A stretch of DNA of 64,000 bases from positions 2,239-66,238 of the forward strand of contig DAIDAM010000003.1 of the NCBI GenBank assembly GCA_027310625.1. Direction: 5' to 3'. The DNA comes from a bacterium. Lineage in GTDB: Bacteria; Patescibacteriota; Minisyncoccia; UBA6257; 2-01-FULL-56-20. Below, in pieces: positions 1-10,152 of the stretch (position 1 is the first letter of the stretch; every line of letters starts with the position of its first letter). The position numbers and the translations under genes are program-made. Under the pieces are notes generated by a model, which was not told where the DNA came from, searched no databases, and saw only the letters and a program-made list of their open reading frames with translations.

Positions 1-46
1 TATTTGTAGATACTGATGGATATTAATAGATACTGACCCGCAAAAC

Positions 47-946
47 ATGCTCAATATCATTAACAACAAAAATATTTTTCTGACCATATCGCTGATTGTC
101 GTGGGTGCGGCGGTGGTTGCAATGACCGCTTTCGGATTCCGGCAGGGGATTGATTTCGCCGGCGGCACGCTTTGGCAATTTGTCATAACAAAGGACTCGC
201 CGTCAGCCGATAGTTTGGAAAACTTTTTTAAAATAAATCTGAATGGAGCAGATACAATCGTCACCTATGATTCTTCCAGCAGAACTTTCCTTGCGCGTCT
301 TCCGGAAATATCGGAAGAAAATCATCAGAAACTTCTCTCGGCTCTCAAAGAAAAATATCCTTCGCTCGAAGAATCGGGATTTCAGTCCATCGGGCCGTCA
401 ATCGGCAGCGAGCTTAGGAAAAAATCAATCACGGCGATGATAATCGTTCTCATCGGCATCTCGTTCTATGTCGCCTTCGCTTTCAGAAAAGTTTTCCAAC
501 CGGTGAGTTCGTGGACTTACGGGTTGATAACCCTCGTTACCCTCTTTCACGACGTCGCCGTGCCCGCCGGCCTGCTCGCTTTTCTCGGGCGATACGCAAA
601 CGTGGAAATAGACGGGAACTTCGTCGTTGCCCTTCTTGTCGTCATGGGCTTCTCGGTTCACGACACAATAGTCGTTTTTGACAGAATCAGGGAGAATCTT
701 TTGCTTGACCGCGGCAGGACGGCATTTACGGAAATTGTAAACCGGAGCGTAAATCAAACAATGGCGCGCTCAATCAACACTTCGCTCACTTTGATACTGG
801 TTTTGCTCGCGATTTACTTTGCGGGCCCGCCGACGCTCCAATATTTCATCCTTACGCTTCTCGTCGGGGTATCAACGGGGATATACTCGTCAATTTTTAT
901 CGCCAGCCCCCTTCTTGTGACATGGCACATGTGGAGAAAGCAATGA
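47..946 (+). CDS. secF: Protein translocase subunit SecF
   Basis: GIDFAGG, SIGPSIG.EL, GFSVHDTIVVFDRIRENL and RSINTSLT motifs; multi-TM protein. Confidence 0.97.
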   Translation: MLNIINNKNIFLTISLIVVGAAVVAMTAFGFRQGIDFAGGTLWQFVITKDSPSADSLENFFKINLNGADTIVTYDSSSRTFLARLPEISEENHQKLLSALKEKYPSLEESGFQSIGPSIGSELRKKSITAMIIVLIGISFYVAFAFRKVFQPVSSWTYGLITLVTLFHDVAVPAGLLAFLGRYANVEIDGNFVVALLVVMGFSVHDTIVVFDRIRENLLLDRGRTAFTEIVNRSVNQTMARSINTSLTLILVLLAIYFAGPPTLQYFILTLLVGVSTGIYSSIFIASPLLVTWHMWRKQ

Positions 947-952
947 TTTGAC

Positions 953-1031
953 GCCTCACGCCATAACGGCAATTGCGCCCGCCTACCGGCGGGCGCAGAT
1001 TCTCATGAAAGTTGCCGTTTGGTGTGGGGGT
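953..1031. repeat. REP/MITE-like palindrome (CCCCACACCAAACGGCAA...TTGCCGTTTGGTGTGGGG family) with nested GC hairpin
   Basis: Same terminal arms as copies at 50420-50505 and 51083-51154; left arm degenerate. Confidence 0.8.
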
Positions 1032-1072
1032 TGACTACCATACCTCCTTGATTTACAATAATTCCCATCAAT

Positions 1073-2104
1073 ATGGCTACGGTAGACAAGGTTTTAAACT
1101 GGCTTTGGTCGCACTTGGACGAACGCCAGAGAAAAGTTATTGAAGGACGCTTCGGGGTGGGTGAAAACGACGAGTCCATGACGCTCGCCGAGCTCGGAGA
1201 GAAATACGGCATTACGAGGGAAAGAGTACGCCAAATAGAATCCGGCGCCCTTTCGATTTTGAGAGAAAAAGCAAAAGCGCACGATGATTTCTCCGAATTC
1301 GTCGAGAACGGGAAAAGGATTCTTAAAAATTCGGGCGGAGTGATTCTGAGAGAAAGATTTTTGGACGGGCACAGAAAAGTTTTCAGCGACATCGGCGGCA
1401 GCCACGTTGACCTCCTTGTGGAAATGCACGGCGGCTTCAATTTTCATCACGAAGACGACGAGTTTCATCCTTTTTACTTTTACGACAAGGAAAGCTTGAA
1501 TAACGCCCGCGGCTTCATAAATGATTGGGAAAAACTTTTGAAATCGGAGAGGGAAGAAATTCTCCTTTCGCCGAAGTATCATATCCACTTCAAAGCTTTC
1601 GTAAGGAAGTCGGGGGTCAATCCCAATCACGCGGAAAATTACGTTTTGATTTCGAAGAAATTTCACACGAACAGCTACGGCGACTCCGGACTCGCGGAAT
1701 GGCCGGAAATAAAACCGGTTACCGTCCGCGATTACATTTATCTCATTCTGAAAAAGGAAGAAAAGCCGATGCATTTCATTGACATAGCGGAACTGATAAA
1801 CGAGAAGAACGCTGCGAAACGAGCCGTCGGAGCCACCGTCCACAACGAACTCATAAAAGACAGGCGTTTCGTTCTTGTGGGGAGGGGAATTTACGGGCTC
1901 GCCGAAAACGGCTATCGTCCGGGAACGGCAAAAGAAGTGATACAAAGGATTTTGGATGAAAACGGGCCGATGCGAACGAGAGAAATAATCTCCGCGGTGC
2001 AAAAGGAAAGATTTTTCAAGCCCAACACGGTTTTGGTGAATCTTCAGAACAAAAAATACTTCTCGCGTCAGCCCGACGGAACTTATCTTATTCGCTCAAA
2101 ATAG
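1073..2104 (+). CDS. Sigma-70 region-4 HTH fused to C-terminal winged-helix (HARE-HTH/RNAP delta-like) domains
   Basis: N-terminal TLAELGEKYGITRERVRQIE; C-terminal PMHF..IAE...TVHNELI.D.RFVLVGRGIYGL. Confidence 0.75.
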   Translation: MATVDKVLNWLWSHLDERQRKVIEGRFGVGENDESMTLAELGEKYGITRERVRQIESGALSILREKAKAHDDFSEFVENGKRILKNSGGVILRERFLDGHRKVFSDIGGSHVDLLVEMHGGFNFHHEDDEFHPFYFYDKESLNNARGFINDWEKLLKSEREEILLSPKYHIHFKAFVRKSGVNPNHAENYVLISKKFHTNSYGDSGLAEWPEIKPVTVRDYIYLILKKEEKPMHFIDIAELINEKNAAKRAVGATVHNELIKDRRFVLVGRGIYGLAENGYRPGTAKEVIQRILDENGPMRTREIISAVQKERFFKPNTVLVNLQNKKYFSRQPDGTYLIRSK

Positions 2105-2157
2105 GCCCTTTCTTGCGCGCCTTCAAAGAATGCGGGAGAATTAGGGGAATATAGCAC

Positions 2158-3555
2158 ATGCTTTCGGAATTCCTCGGAGTAATTTGGCAGATAATCTACA
2201 CAGGCGGCACGGGAGTTTTGAATTTCCTCGCGATAAGCTGGTGGCTTTGGACGTTTATAATACTTCTCGGGCTCACTTATTCGGCATGGTTCACGTGGAG
2301 AAAATTCATCTACAAGGAAAAAACCGATTTCATACTGCTGGAAATTAAAATCCCCCGCGAGCTGAAAGAAAATCCGAGGGCAATGGAGCAGGTTTTTACC
2401 GCGGTGCATTCTTTGCGAAACGTCTACAGCACATGGCTGGAGAAATGGTGGGACGGGGAAATAACGCGCTGGTATTCTTTTGAAATAGTAAGTTTCGGCG
2501 GCGAAACGCATTTTTACGTCCGCCTTTACAAAAAACAAAAGTCCCTGATGGAAGCGGCGTTTCTTTCTTATTATCCGGATATCGAGCTGGTGGAAGTTGA
2601 CGATTATATTGACCGTCTGCCGAAAAACGTATCGGAGATGTACGAGCAGGGATACGACATTTGGGGGAGCGAGATTGCGCTGACCAGAGAAGCGGCTTAT
2701 CCGATTAAAACGTACGTTGATTTCGAGTCGTCTCCCGACGAAGAAAAACAGTACGATACAATGTCGAGTTATCTTGAGTTTTTCTCAAGTTTAAAGAAGG
2801 AGGAGATAATAGCTTTTCAAATACTGGTGGCGCCAGCCGACCCCGACTGGTGGGAAAAATGGAAGGGACTTTTGGACAAACTCAACCAAAGAGCGGAAGA
2901 CAAACAAAAATCGGCAACCGCCACTTCCTTCCCGAGCGATTACGCAATCGGGCCGCTGCCGAGGTTTGAAATAGTGAAGCCGACAAAAGACGAGCTGAAA
3001 TTGCTGAAAACCGCTTTCAGAACTCCGGGGGAAACCGCCATCCTTGAAAAAGTCGCCAACAATTTGTCCAAGTTGGCTTTCGACACGACTATCCGCTTTA
3101 TCTATTTGGCGCCGAGGTCGATATATTACGATACCATACCGAGGCGAGGAGTGAAGGGAATTTTAGCCCACTTCGCCTCCCTCGACTTGAACTCCCTGGA
3201 TTACAAAATAAAAACCGACGTCGGTTCTGCGAGAGTGCTTCTCTTCAAGCCGCCGTACATCTTCCCAAAAAAAAGAGCGGAAAAAAGAAAAGCAAGAATT
3301 CTTTATAACTACATTCACAGAGAAATCCCGGAAGAAAATTTCGTCGGCGAAGTAATAACGTCGAGTTTATTCAGCTGGAGTTTTTCATCGAAGCGTTTTG
3401 AAATGAACACGGAGTGCCTGGCGACGATTTTCCATCCGCCGACGTACCTTTCGCTGACGGCGCCCCATATCGAGCGTGTAGAAAGCAAAAAGGGAGGGCC
3501 GCCCGCCGGACTGGCGATTTTCGGCGGCGAAGAAAACGTCGAAAAATTAAAATGA
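2158..3555 (+). CDS. Membrane-anchored hypothetical protein of the type found beside or fused to CPR VirB4/TraD-like ATPases
   Basis: N-terminal TM, LLEIKIP, SFEIVS, YPIKTY and LATIFHPP motifs; near the ATPase gene at 4212. Confidence 0.65.
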   Translation: MLSEFLGVIWQIIYTGGTGVLNFLAISWWLWTFIILLGLTYSAWFTWRKFIYKEKTDFILLEIKIPRELKENPRAMEQVFTAVHSLRNVYSTWLEKWWDGEITRWYSFEIVSFGGETHFYVRLYKKQKSLMEAAFLSYYPDIELVEVDDYIDRLPKNVSEMYEQGYDIWGSEIALTREAAYPIKTYVDFESSPDEEKQYDTMSSYLEFFSSLKKEEIIAFQILVAPADPDWWEKWKGLLDKLNQRAEDKQKSATATSFPSDYAIGPLPRFEIVKPTKDELKLLKTAFRTPGETAILEKVANNLSKLAFDTTIRFIYLAPRSIYYDTIPRRGVKGILAHFASLDLNSLDYKIKTDVGSARVLLFKPPYIFPKKRAEKRKARILYNYIHREIPEENFVGEVITSSLFSWSFSSKRFEMNTECLATIFHPPTYLSLTAPHIERVESKKGGPPAGLAIFGGEENVEKLK

Positions 3556-3660
3556 CAGTATCTGCCAGTATCCATCAGTATCTACAAGTATCAACCAACA
3601 TCCACAAACATCTCGCCGATACCGATTGATACTCATCGATACTTATTGATGTTGTCTGAA
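3556..3660. repeat. Inverted array of degenerate ~10-mer repeats (AGTATC... / ...GATACT)
   Basis: cagtatctgc cagtatccat cagtatctac aagtatc... followed by gatacc/gatact units; similar arrays at 1-36 and 31028-31108. Confidence 0.75.
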
Positions 3661-3676
3661 TTCGAAGAGTAAAAAC

Positions 3677-4174
3677 ATGGACCAACAAACAATCGTTTAT
3701 CTTTACGAACTTTTCAAAACGATTTTCACCGCCGCCAATGTTTTCTTGCTGGTATTTTTTGTTTTCTTGGTGATAAAGTCCGTAAAATACAGACCTAATT
3801 TCAAAATTGCAGAGGAAGAAAAAAAGGAGATAGTTTACACTCTGGGAAATGTTGTCATCCGCGAACGCTGGCAGTCCATCGTCAATAGGAGCAGAATAAA
3901 TTCTCCCGAAGCGATGAAACTCGCGGTGATTGACGCCGACAACCTTGTTGACGAACTTTTGAAAAGAATGGGTCTGGAAGGGGAGCACATGGCCGACCGC
4001 CTGGAAAATCTCACAACCGAGGACTTCAGAAGCCTCGATCGCATATGGGACGCCCATCGGCTGAGAAACAGATTGGTTCACGAATCGGGATTCGTTGTTT
4101 CACGCGAGGAAGCATGGAAAGCGATTGAGGATTACGCTTCGTTCCTTAAAGAAATAAGGGTGATTGAGGAATAA
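3677..4174 (+). CDS. Hypothetical membrane-anchored protein (DUF4145/HEPN-like C-terminus)
   Basis: TM helix followed by LAVIDAD...AHRLRNRLVHE (Rx4-6H-like). Confidence 0.6.
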   Translation: MDQQTIVYLYELFKTIFTAANVFLLVFFVFLVIKSVKYRPNFKIAEEEKKEIVYTLGNVVIRERWQSIVNRSRINSPEAMKLAVIDADNLVDELLKRMGLEGEHMADRLENLTTEDFRSLDRIWDAHRLRNRLVHESGFVVSREEAWKAIEDYASFLKEIRVIEE

Positions 4175-4211
4175 CTAATAACTGATGACTGATAACTGAT
4201 GACTTAAATTT

Positions 4212-5651
4212 ATGCCAAAAGCCGGCAAAATTCAGATAATAAAATACGCCCCGCCTCCGCCGGAACTGCCAGTTTACGGAAGAGTGAAAACAAGGGACGT
4301 TTCTTTCGTCGGAAGGACAAACTACGTCGCCGCTCTTGAAGAAAAAAGATTTATTTTCGGGATAAAACGCATAGACCGCAGGCGCCACCTTTACATAATA
4401 GGAAAAACCGGCGTGGGCAAATCGAAGATGCTCGAACTGCTCATGCGGCAGGACATCGCCTACGGATACGGCGCGTGCTTCATCGACCCTCACGGCGACG
4501 TTATTGATTCGCTCCTGGATTTCGTTCCGGAAGAAAGAATGGACGACGTGGTTATCATCGACCCCTCGGACGCGAAACACCCGGTATCTTTCAATCCGCT
4601 CGCAAACGTAATAGCCGATTTCAAGCACCAGTTGGCGCAGGACCTGATTGAAGTGATGCAAAAACAGTTCGGAGCGAACTGGACTCCGCGACTGGAGCAC
4701 GTTTTTCGCTTCAGCGTTCTTGCGCTTCTCGATTATCCGCACGCGACCATGCGCGGAATGATTTCGCTTTTGACGGACAGGAATTACCGACAAAAAGTTA
4801 TCGAATACATAGAAGACGACATGGTGCGGCGTTTCTGGGCTATTGAGTTCGCCGATTGGAGCGAAAAGTTCGACACCGACGCCATCATTCCGCTTGTCAA
4901 CAAACTCGGGCAATTCCTTTCCAACCCGTTGCTCCGCAACATTTTCGGTCAAAAGGAAAACAAAATTGATTTGGACCGCTTCATGAAAGAGAAAAAAATA
5001 ATTTTCATCAATCTTTCCAAGGGACGGCTGGGAGAAGAAAACTCAAGCTTTTTCGGCTCTATGTTTCTGACAAAAATAAAGCAGGCAGGGATGGCGAGGG
5101 CAAGAATGAGGCCCGAAGAACGGGAGGACTTTTATTTGTACGTGGATGAGTTTCATAATGTCGTGACGGACACTTTTGAAAACCTTCTTACCGAATCGAG
5201 AAAATACGGCCTCTGCATAACCATCGCGCATCAGTACTTCGGCCAGCTGACGTCAAGGGTGCAATCGGCGGCGCTGGGAAACTCCGGAAACATAATTGTT
5301 TTCCGCGTCGGCGGTGAGGACGCGGTGAAACTCAAGCCGGAAATGTCGCCCGTATTTGATACGAAAGATATGATAAATCTCGGCACGCAGGAATTTTACA
5401 TAAAGGAAACGATAGACGGCGAAACCTATGACCCGTTTTCCGCAGAAACGCTGAAAGTAATGCCCGCGCCGCATCCGTCTTACCGGGAACGAATCATTGA
5501 GCAGTCGCGCGCGAAGTATTCCATCACCGCCGACGCGGCGAAAAAACTTATAAAAGAGGAGGAGTCGTCAATACTCCGGCATTCCCGCGAAAAAGCGATT
5601 ATAGAGGGTTCAACAAGCGCGGCGGAAAAAGAACCGGAACCATTAATTTAG
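4212..5651 (+). CDS. VirB4/TraD-HerA family P-loop ATPase (T4SS coupling-like)
   Basis: Walker A GKTGVGKS, IDPHGD, Walker B YVDEFH, ESRKY, AHQY. Confidence 0.88.
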   Translation: MPKAGKIQIIKYAPPPPELPVYGRVKTRDVSFVGRTNYVAALEEKRFIFGIKRIDRRRHLYIIGKTGVGKSKMLELLMRQDIAYGYGACFIDPHGDVIDSLLDFVPEERMDDVVIIDPSDAKHPVSFNPLANVIADFKHQLAQDLIEVMQKQFGANWTPRLEHVFRFSVLALLDYPHATMRGMISLLTDRNYRQKVIEYIEDDMVRRFWAIEFADWSEKFDTDAIIPLVNKLGQFLSNPLLRNIFGQKENKIDLDRFMKEKKIIFINLSKGRLGEENSSFFGSMFLTKIKQAGMARARMRPEEREDFYLYVDEFHNVVTDTFENLLTESRKYGLCITIAHQYFGQLTSRVQSAALGNSGNIIVFRVGGEDAVKLKPEMSPVFDTKDMINLGTQEFYIKETIDGETYDPFSAETLKVMPAPHPSYRERIIEQSRAKYSITADAAKKLIKEEESSILRHSREKAIIEGSTSAAEKEPEPLI

Positions 5652-5698
5652 AATCCAGTATCTAGTATTTAGAATTTGGAACACAAGCAGAGTAGAGG

Positions 5699-6202
5699 TT
5701 ATAAATTCCTTCCTTTCAAAAAATCCCTTAAGGGGGTGGGCGATACGGCGAAGTGCGTCAGAAAACCGAAAATTCCTCCGAGAATTGATGATAAAAGAAT
5801 GTTATTGTATGTTCTTATGAAGAGATAGTGGAAAAGCGCGGAGAAAGCGAGGAATGTAAGAATTAAAACGAGAAGCCCCGAAATAATCGGTGGAGCGACT
5901 TTCTTGCCGCCGATAAAAAGAACGAAAACCACAAAAGCGCTGATGAGCGCGAGCGTCAAACTGAACCCCTGGTAAATATCGTTTCTCGGAAAACCGACTT
6001 TAAGGAAAACGCTCACCTGATAAACGAGAATTATGAGAAAAAGCATCACGCCCGCCCAATAGCCGGCGTTCATCGCCAAGCGGTGCTTTTTTTCCTCCGC
6101 CTTGTCAGCCATCGCTCTTATGAGCCAGATGCAAACCAAAAGAACGATGGGCACGGCGAGCCACACGATAAAATAAAAAACCAACTCCAAAGCGCTAGCC
6201 AT
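5699..6202 (-). CDS. Hypothetical integral membrane protein
   Basis: About 5 hydrophobic helices; ATG at 6202 follows a TATAAA-like box. Confidence 0.7.
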   Translation of the reverse strand: MASALELVFYFIVWLAVPIVLLVCIWLIRAMADKAEEKKHRLAMNAGYWAGVMLFLIILVYQVSVFLKVGFPRNDIYQGFSLTLALISAFVVFVLFIGGKKVAPPIISGLLVLILTFLAFSALFHYLFIRTYNNILLSSILGGIFGFLTHFAVSPTPLRDFLKGRNL

Positions 6203-6245
6203 TTTTGCAACTTTATAATACAATAAGGGATATTAAATTTCAACA

Positions 6246-7775
6246 ATGAAGATAGAACTCTCAAAAATCGTCAAACCTTCATCGGCTCCGGTGTTTTTGG
6301 TTGATGACGCAAGAAAAATAAAGGAGCACAAACTTTTTAAATTTCTCGGCGCGGAAGACAAAGATTACATCGTAAGGCTCTTTGAAGAAAACGGGGACGA
6401 AGAGTTTCTGCGTTTTATTGTCCTGCCGTCGGGCAAAAAGGCCTTAATCGGCTTTCTCAAAAACAAGAAAACTTCTTTGAGAAAAATGATAATCGCGATG
6501 CGCCGCGTAATTTCCCTTGCACACCGCGAAAAAATAAAAGAAATCGCAGTCAATCTCGGAGATTTTTTGACCGCCGGCTCAAAAAGCGAAGAAATTGCCG
6601 AACTTCTCGGAACGCAACTGGAACTGGCCAATTTTGAGTTTACCGGATATAAAACGGCGCCGAAAGAAGGATGGAATTTTGTCGAACGCGTTTTTGTAAT
6701 CGGTAAGGAAAGCTCACCCTCCAAAATTTCAAAAAGAAATTTAGGAGGGCAAGCCCTCAAAAAAGCGCTCGCCGACGGGAAAATAATCGGCGAAGAAATA
6801 AACAAAGCAAGAGCGCTATCGAATACGCCCGGCGGGGATATGACCCCACAACGACTTGCTGAGGCGGCAAGTCGTGAGGGGCGCAGCGCCGGCTTTCGCG
6901 TGAAGATTCTCAAAGAAGACCAAATCAAAAAACTCGGTATGGGCGGCGTGCTCGGGGTCGCCAAGGGCTCAGCAGAACGGCCGCGGTTCATTATTATGGA
7001 ATATTTCAAAGGAAAGAAAGGCGAAAAACCGGTCGTTCTCGTCGGCAAGGGCGTGACTTTCGACACGGGCGGGTTGAACCTTAAGCCCGACAATTATATC
7101 TACGAGATGCATATGGATATGTCCGGCGGCGCGGCGGTGATTCACGCCATCGCGGCGCTGGCGCGCTTGAAGGTAAAGAAAAATATCGTCGGCTTGGTTC
7201 CGGCGGTTGAAAATATGCCTTCCGGTTCGAGCTATCATCCGGGAGATTTGCTGAAAACGCTCGGCGGAAAAACAATCGAGGTTCTGAATACCGATGCCGA
7301 AGGGCGAGTGATTCTCGCGGACGCGCTTGAGTACGCAAAAAAATACAAGCCGCAACTCGTCATTGACGTCGCGACTTTGACGGGCGCGGCGATTGCGGCT
7401 TTGGGTCAGCGTGCGTCGGCGATTTTTTCTACCGACAAAAAAACAGAAAAAGAAATGATTGACGCCGGAGAAAAAACAGGGGATTACGTTTGGCCGCTGC
7501 CGCTTTGGGAAGAATACGAAGAGGAAATAAAAGGAACATTCGGCGATTTCGCGAATGTCGGCAAAACGCGCTACGGCGGCGCGATAACCGGCGCGGTGTT
7601 TCTCTGGCAATTCGTTAAAAACCAAGCTCCAAGTTCTAATCTCCAAGATTTTCCTTGGGTTCATCTCGACATCGCGCCGCGGATGACGACAATCGAAAGC
7701 GACTCGCTCGCCAAAGGCGCCGCCGGCGCGTCCATCGCGCTTTTAGTAAAGTTTTTACGAGAAGCAAATAGATAG
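6246..7775 (+). CDS. pepA: Cytosol (leucyl) aminopeptidase, M17 family
   Basis: GKGVTFDTGG, DMSGGA, NTDAEGR, DVATLTGA, HLDIA motifs. Confidence 0.96.
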   Translation: MKIELSKIVKPSSAPVFLVDDARKIKEHKLFKFLGAEDKDYIVRLFEENGDEEFLRFIVLPSGKKALIGFLKNKKTSLRKMIIAMRRVISLAHREKIKEIAVNLGDFLTAGSKSEEIAELLGTQLELANFEFTGYKTAPKEGWNFVERVFVIGKESSPSKISKRNLGGQALKKALADGKIIGEEINKARALSNTPGGDMTPQRLAEAASREGRSAGFRVKILKEDQIKKLGMGGVLGVAKGSAERPRFIIMEYFKGKKGEKPVVLVGKGVTFDTGGLNLKPDNYIYEMHMDMSGGAAVIHAIAALARLKVKKNIVGLVPAVENMPSGSSYHPGDLLKTLGGKTIEVLNTDAEGRVILADALEYAKKYKPQLVIDVATLTGAAIAALGQRASAIFSTDKKTEKEMIDAGEKTGDYVWPLPLWEEYEEEIKGTFGDFANVGKTRYGGAITGAVFLWQFVKNQAPSSNLQDFPWVHLDIAPRMTTIESDSLAKGAAGASIALLVKFLREANR

Positions 7776-7815
7776 GATAGATTAGGATAATTTGTAAATT
7801 CTTATTTTGTCTATA

Positions 7816-7842
7816 CCCTCATTCGCGCGAATGGTAGAATAA
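7816..7842 (+). promoter_or_regulatory. Palindrome CATTCGCGCGAATG abutting an extended -10 (TGGTAGAAT); repeated at 8170-8197 and 10078-10104
   Basis: 27-bp identical repeat at 10078-10104; 28-bp perfect palindrome at 8170-8197. Confidence 0.6.
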
Positions 7843-7887
7843 GAAAAGAGGTAAGGCAATCCAATGATATAATTGCAATTGCAAACC

Positions 7888-8148
7888 ATGAAAGAACTCG
7901 AACGAAATTTGAAAGCATTAGCCAATCGCAGGCGGCTGGCCATTTTGAAGTATCTCAAAGAAAATCGCGAAGCGTCGGTAGGCGATATTGCGGCAGAAAT
8001 AAATCTTTCGCTAAAAGCAACTTCAAAACATTTGGGAGTTCTCGCAGCGGCGGATATTGTGGAAAAAGACCAAAGAAGCTCGCAAGTATTTTATCGGCTT
8101 GCTTCTCCCGTAAAATCGGCGGCAAGGCATATTGTGTTACTTCTTTAA
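7888..8148 (+). CDS. ArsR/SmtB family transcriptional regulator
   Basis: KALAN.RRL.IL..L...SVGDIA....S.HL..L....V winged-helix pattern. Confidence 0.9.
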   Translation: MKELERNLKALANRRRLAILKYLKENREASVGDIAAEINLSLKATSKHLGVLAAADIVEKDQRSSQVFYRLASPVKSAARHIVLLL

Positions 8149-8249
8149 CTTTAGTGTTTTAACATCTTGATTCCACCATTCGCGCGAATGGTGGAATGTG
8201 GAAAACAAATGGAAAACAAAAAACTTTTGAAACAATCATCAAAAGTAAA

Positions 8250-10064
8250 ATGAATTCCGAAACGAGAAATTGTCAAAACTGCAAGCAGAATTTCGTCATT
8301 GATTCCGATGATTTTGCTTTCTATGAAAAAATGAAAGTTCCGCCGCCGACGTTCTGCCCGGAATGCAGAATGATAAGGCGATTCGTCTGGCGCAACGAGC
8401 GGCATCTTTTCCGGAGAAAAGACGATGCGACCGGAATGGTTCGACCCGGTTCACCACCACAGGAAATTTTCTCGAGTTTTCCGCCGCAGGTAACTGTAAA
8501 GGTTTATAACCATGATTACTGGTGGAGCGACAACTGGGACCCGTCGGACTACGGACGCGATTACGACTTTTCCCGTCCGTTTTTTGAACAATTCAGAGAA
8601 CTGTTTTACAGCGTCCCGTTGCCCGCAAGGAGCGTTTTCGACACAACCAATTCTGAATATTGCGACAACGCTTCTTATGTAAAAAATTCGTATCTTTCTT
8701 TCAATGTCGGATACTTGGAAAACTCCGCTTACTGCGTTACAACCTTCTACAGCAAAGATAATTTAGACCTCTACGAAGCAAGACACGCCGAGCTATCTTA
8801 TGAAAATTACATGTCGGACGAGGCGTATCGCGTCTTTTTTTCCGTTAATATTGAGGATTCAACCGACATCTGGTTTTCGCGAAATCTTATGGGGTGCAAT
8901 AACTGCTTCGGATGCGTGAATCTGCGCAACAAGTCCTATTACATTTTCAACAAACCGTACTCCAAAGAGGATTACTTCGCCTACATAAAACAATTTGACC
9001 TCGGCTCTTACAAAACAAAAGAAGAATTGTTGAATCGCGCCCGCAAATTCTGGATGCAGTTTCCGATGCGCTTCACGCTCGCGATAAACGTCGTTAATTC
9101 CACAGGCGAACACATTGAGCACTCGCGGAACCTGAAAAGGTGCTATTCCATCCACAAAGGAGAAAATATGGCTTACTGTCAAATTTTTGAACCGCCGGGG
9201 GCCGATTCGTACGATTGCACGGTTTTTGGCTGGGGCGCATCGCGGAGTTATGAATCCCTTGTCTGCGGCGAAGAGTGCTATGATTTAAAGTTTTGCATTG
9301 AGTGCTGGCCGAGTTTAACCAATCTTGAATATTCCGCCCATTGTCATTCCTCCAATAATCTCTTCGGCTGTATTGGTTTGAAGAAAAAAGAATACTGCAT
9401 TTTGAACAAGCAATACTCGAAAGAAGAGTATTTCAAACTCCGCGAAAAAATAATACAACATATGAACGAAATGCCCTACATAGGCAAAATCCGAAATCAG
9501 AAATCCGAAATCCGAAACATTGAATACAAATACGGGGAATTTTTTCCGGCGGAGCTTTCTCCGTTCGCTTACAACGAAACACTTGCAAACGACTTCTTCC
9601 CGCTGACGAAAGAAGAAGCGGAGGCAAAAGGATTTCTCTGGCGCGAACAGGAACGGAGGGAATACGAAACGACGATAAACGCTTTGGATTTGCCGGACAA
9701 CATCAAAGACGTTCAGGATTCCATTCTCAAGGAAATCATAAAATGCGGCGACTGCGGACGGGCGTACAGAATAATTGAGATGGAGCTTCAGTTTTACCGC
9801 CGCATCCCGCTTCCGCTGCCGCGAAAATGTCCGGAGTGCAGATTCAAAGACAGATTCAAATTTGTAAACCCGCCGAAGTTGTGGAAAGGGAAATGTCAGT
9901 GCGCGGGAGAAACCAGTGACCAGCGACCAGAGACCAGTTACAGAAACGCTGTAAAGCATTTTCACGGAGCGGAACATTGCCCGAATGAATTTGAAACATC
10001 TTACCAACCCAACAGGCCGGAAATTGTTTACTGCGAAAGCTGTTATAACAGCGAGGTTGCTTGA
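8250..10064 (+). CDS. Cys-rich zinc-ribbon/beta-solenoid hypothetical protein (CPR family), paralog 1
   Basis: Multiple CxxC pairs (CQNC, CPEC, CGDC, CESC), WWSD.WD, YDFSRPFFEQ, YGEFFP. Confidence 0.85.
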   Translation: MNSETRNCQNCKQNFVIDSDDFAFYEKMKVPPPTFCPECRMIRRFVWRNERHLFRRKDDATGMVRPGSPPQEIFSSFPPQVTVKVYNHDYWWSDNWDPSDYGRDYDFSRPFFEQFRELFYSVPLPARSVFDTTNSEYCDNASYVKNSYLSFNVGYLENSAYCVTTFYSKDNLDLYEARHAELSYENYMSDEAYRVFFSVNIEDSTDIWFSRNLMGCNNCFGCVNLRNKSYYIFNKPYSKEDYFAYIKQFDLGSYKTKEELLNRARKFWMQFPMRFTLAINVVNSTGEHIEHSRNLKRCYSIHKGENMAYCQIFEPPGADSYDCTVFGWGASRSYESLVCGEECYDLKFCIECWPSLTNLEYSAHCHSSNNLFGCIGLKKKEYCILNKQYSKEEYFKLREKIIQHMNEMPYIGKIRNQKSEIRNIEYKYGEFFPAELSPFAYNETLANDFFPLTKEEAEAKGFLWREQERREYETTINALDLPDNIKDVQDSILKEIIKCGDCGRAYRIIEMELQFYRRIPLPLPRKCPECRFKDRFKFVNPPKLWKGKCQCAGETSDQRPETSYRNAVKHFHGAEHCPNEFETSYQPNRPEIVYCESCYNSEVA

Positions 10065-10152
10065 GTGGAAATTATGTCCCTCATTCGCGCGAATGGTAGA
10101 ATAAACAAAACAACAAAATCATAGGCGCTATGACTAGTCATAGCGGTATAAA

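Noticed and set aside
3556-3660. CRISPR array (here or at other repeat clusters)
   Set aside because: Units are 7-11 nt, degenerate and lack unique spacers; there is no cas operon.
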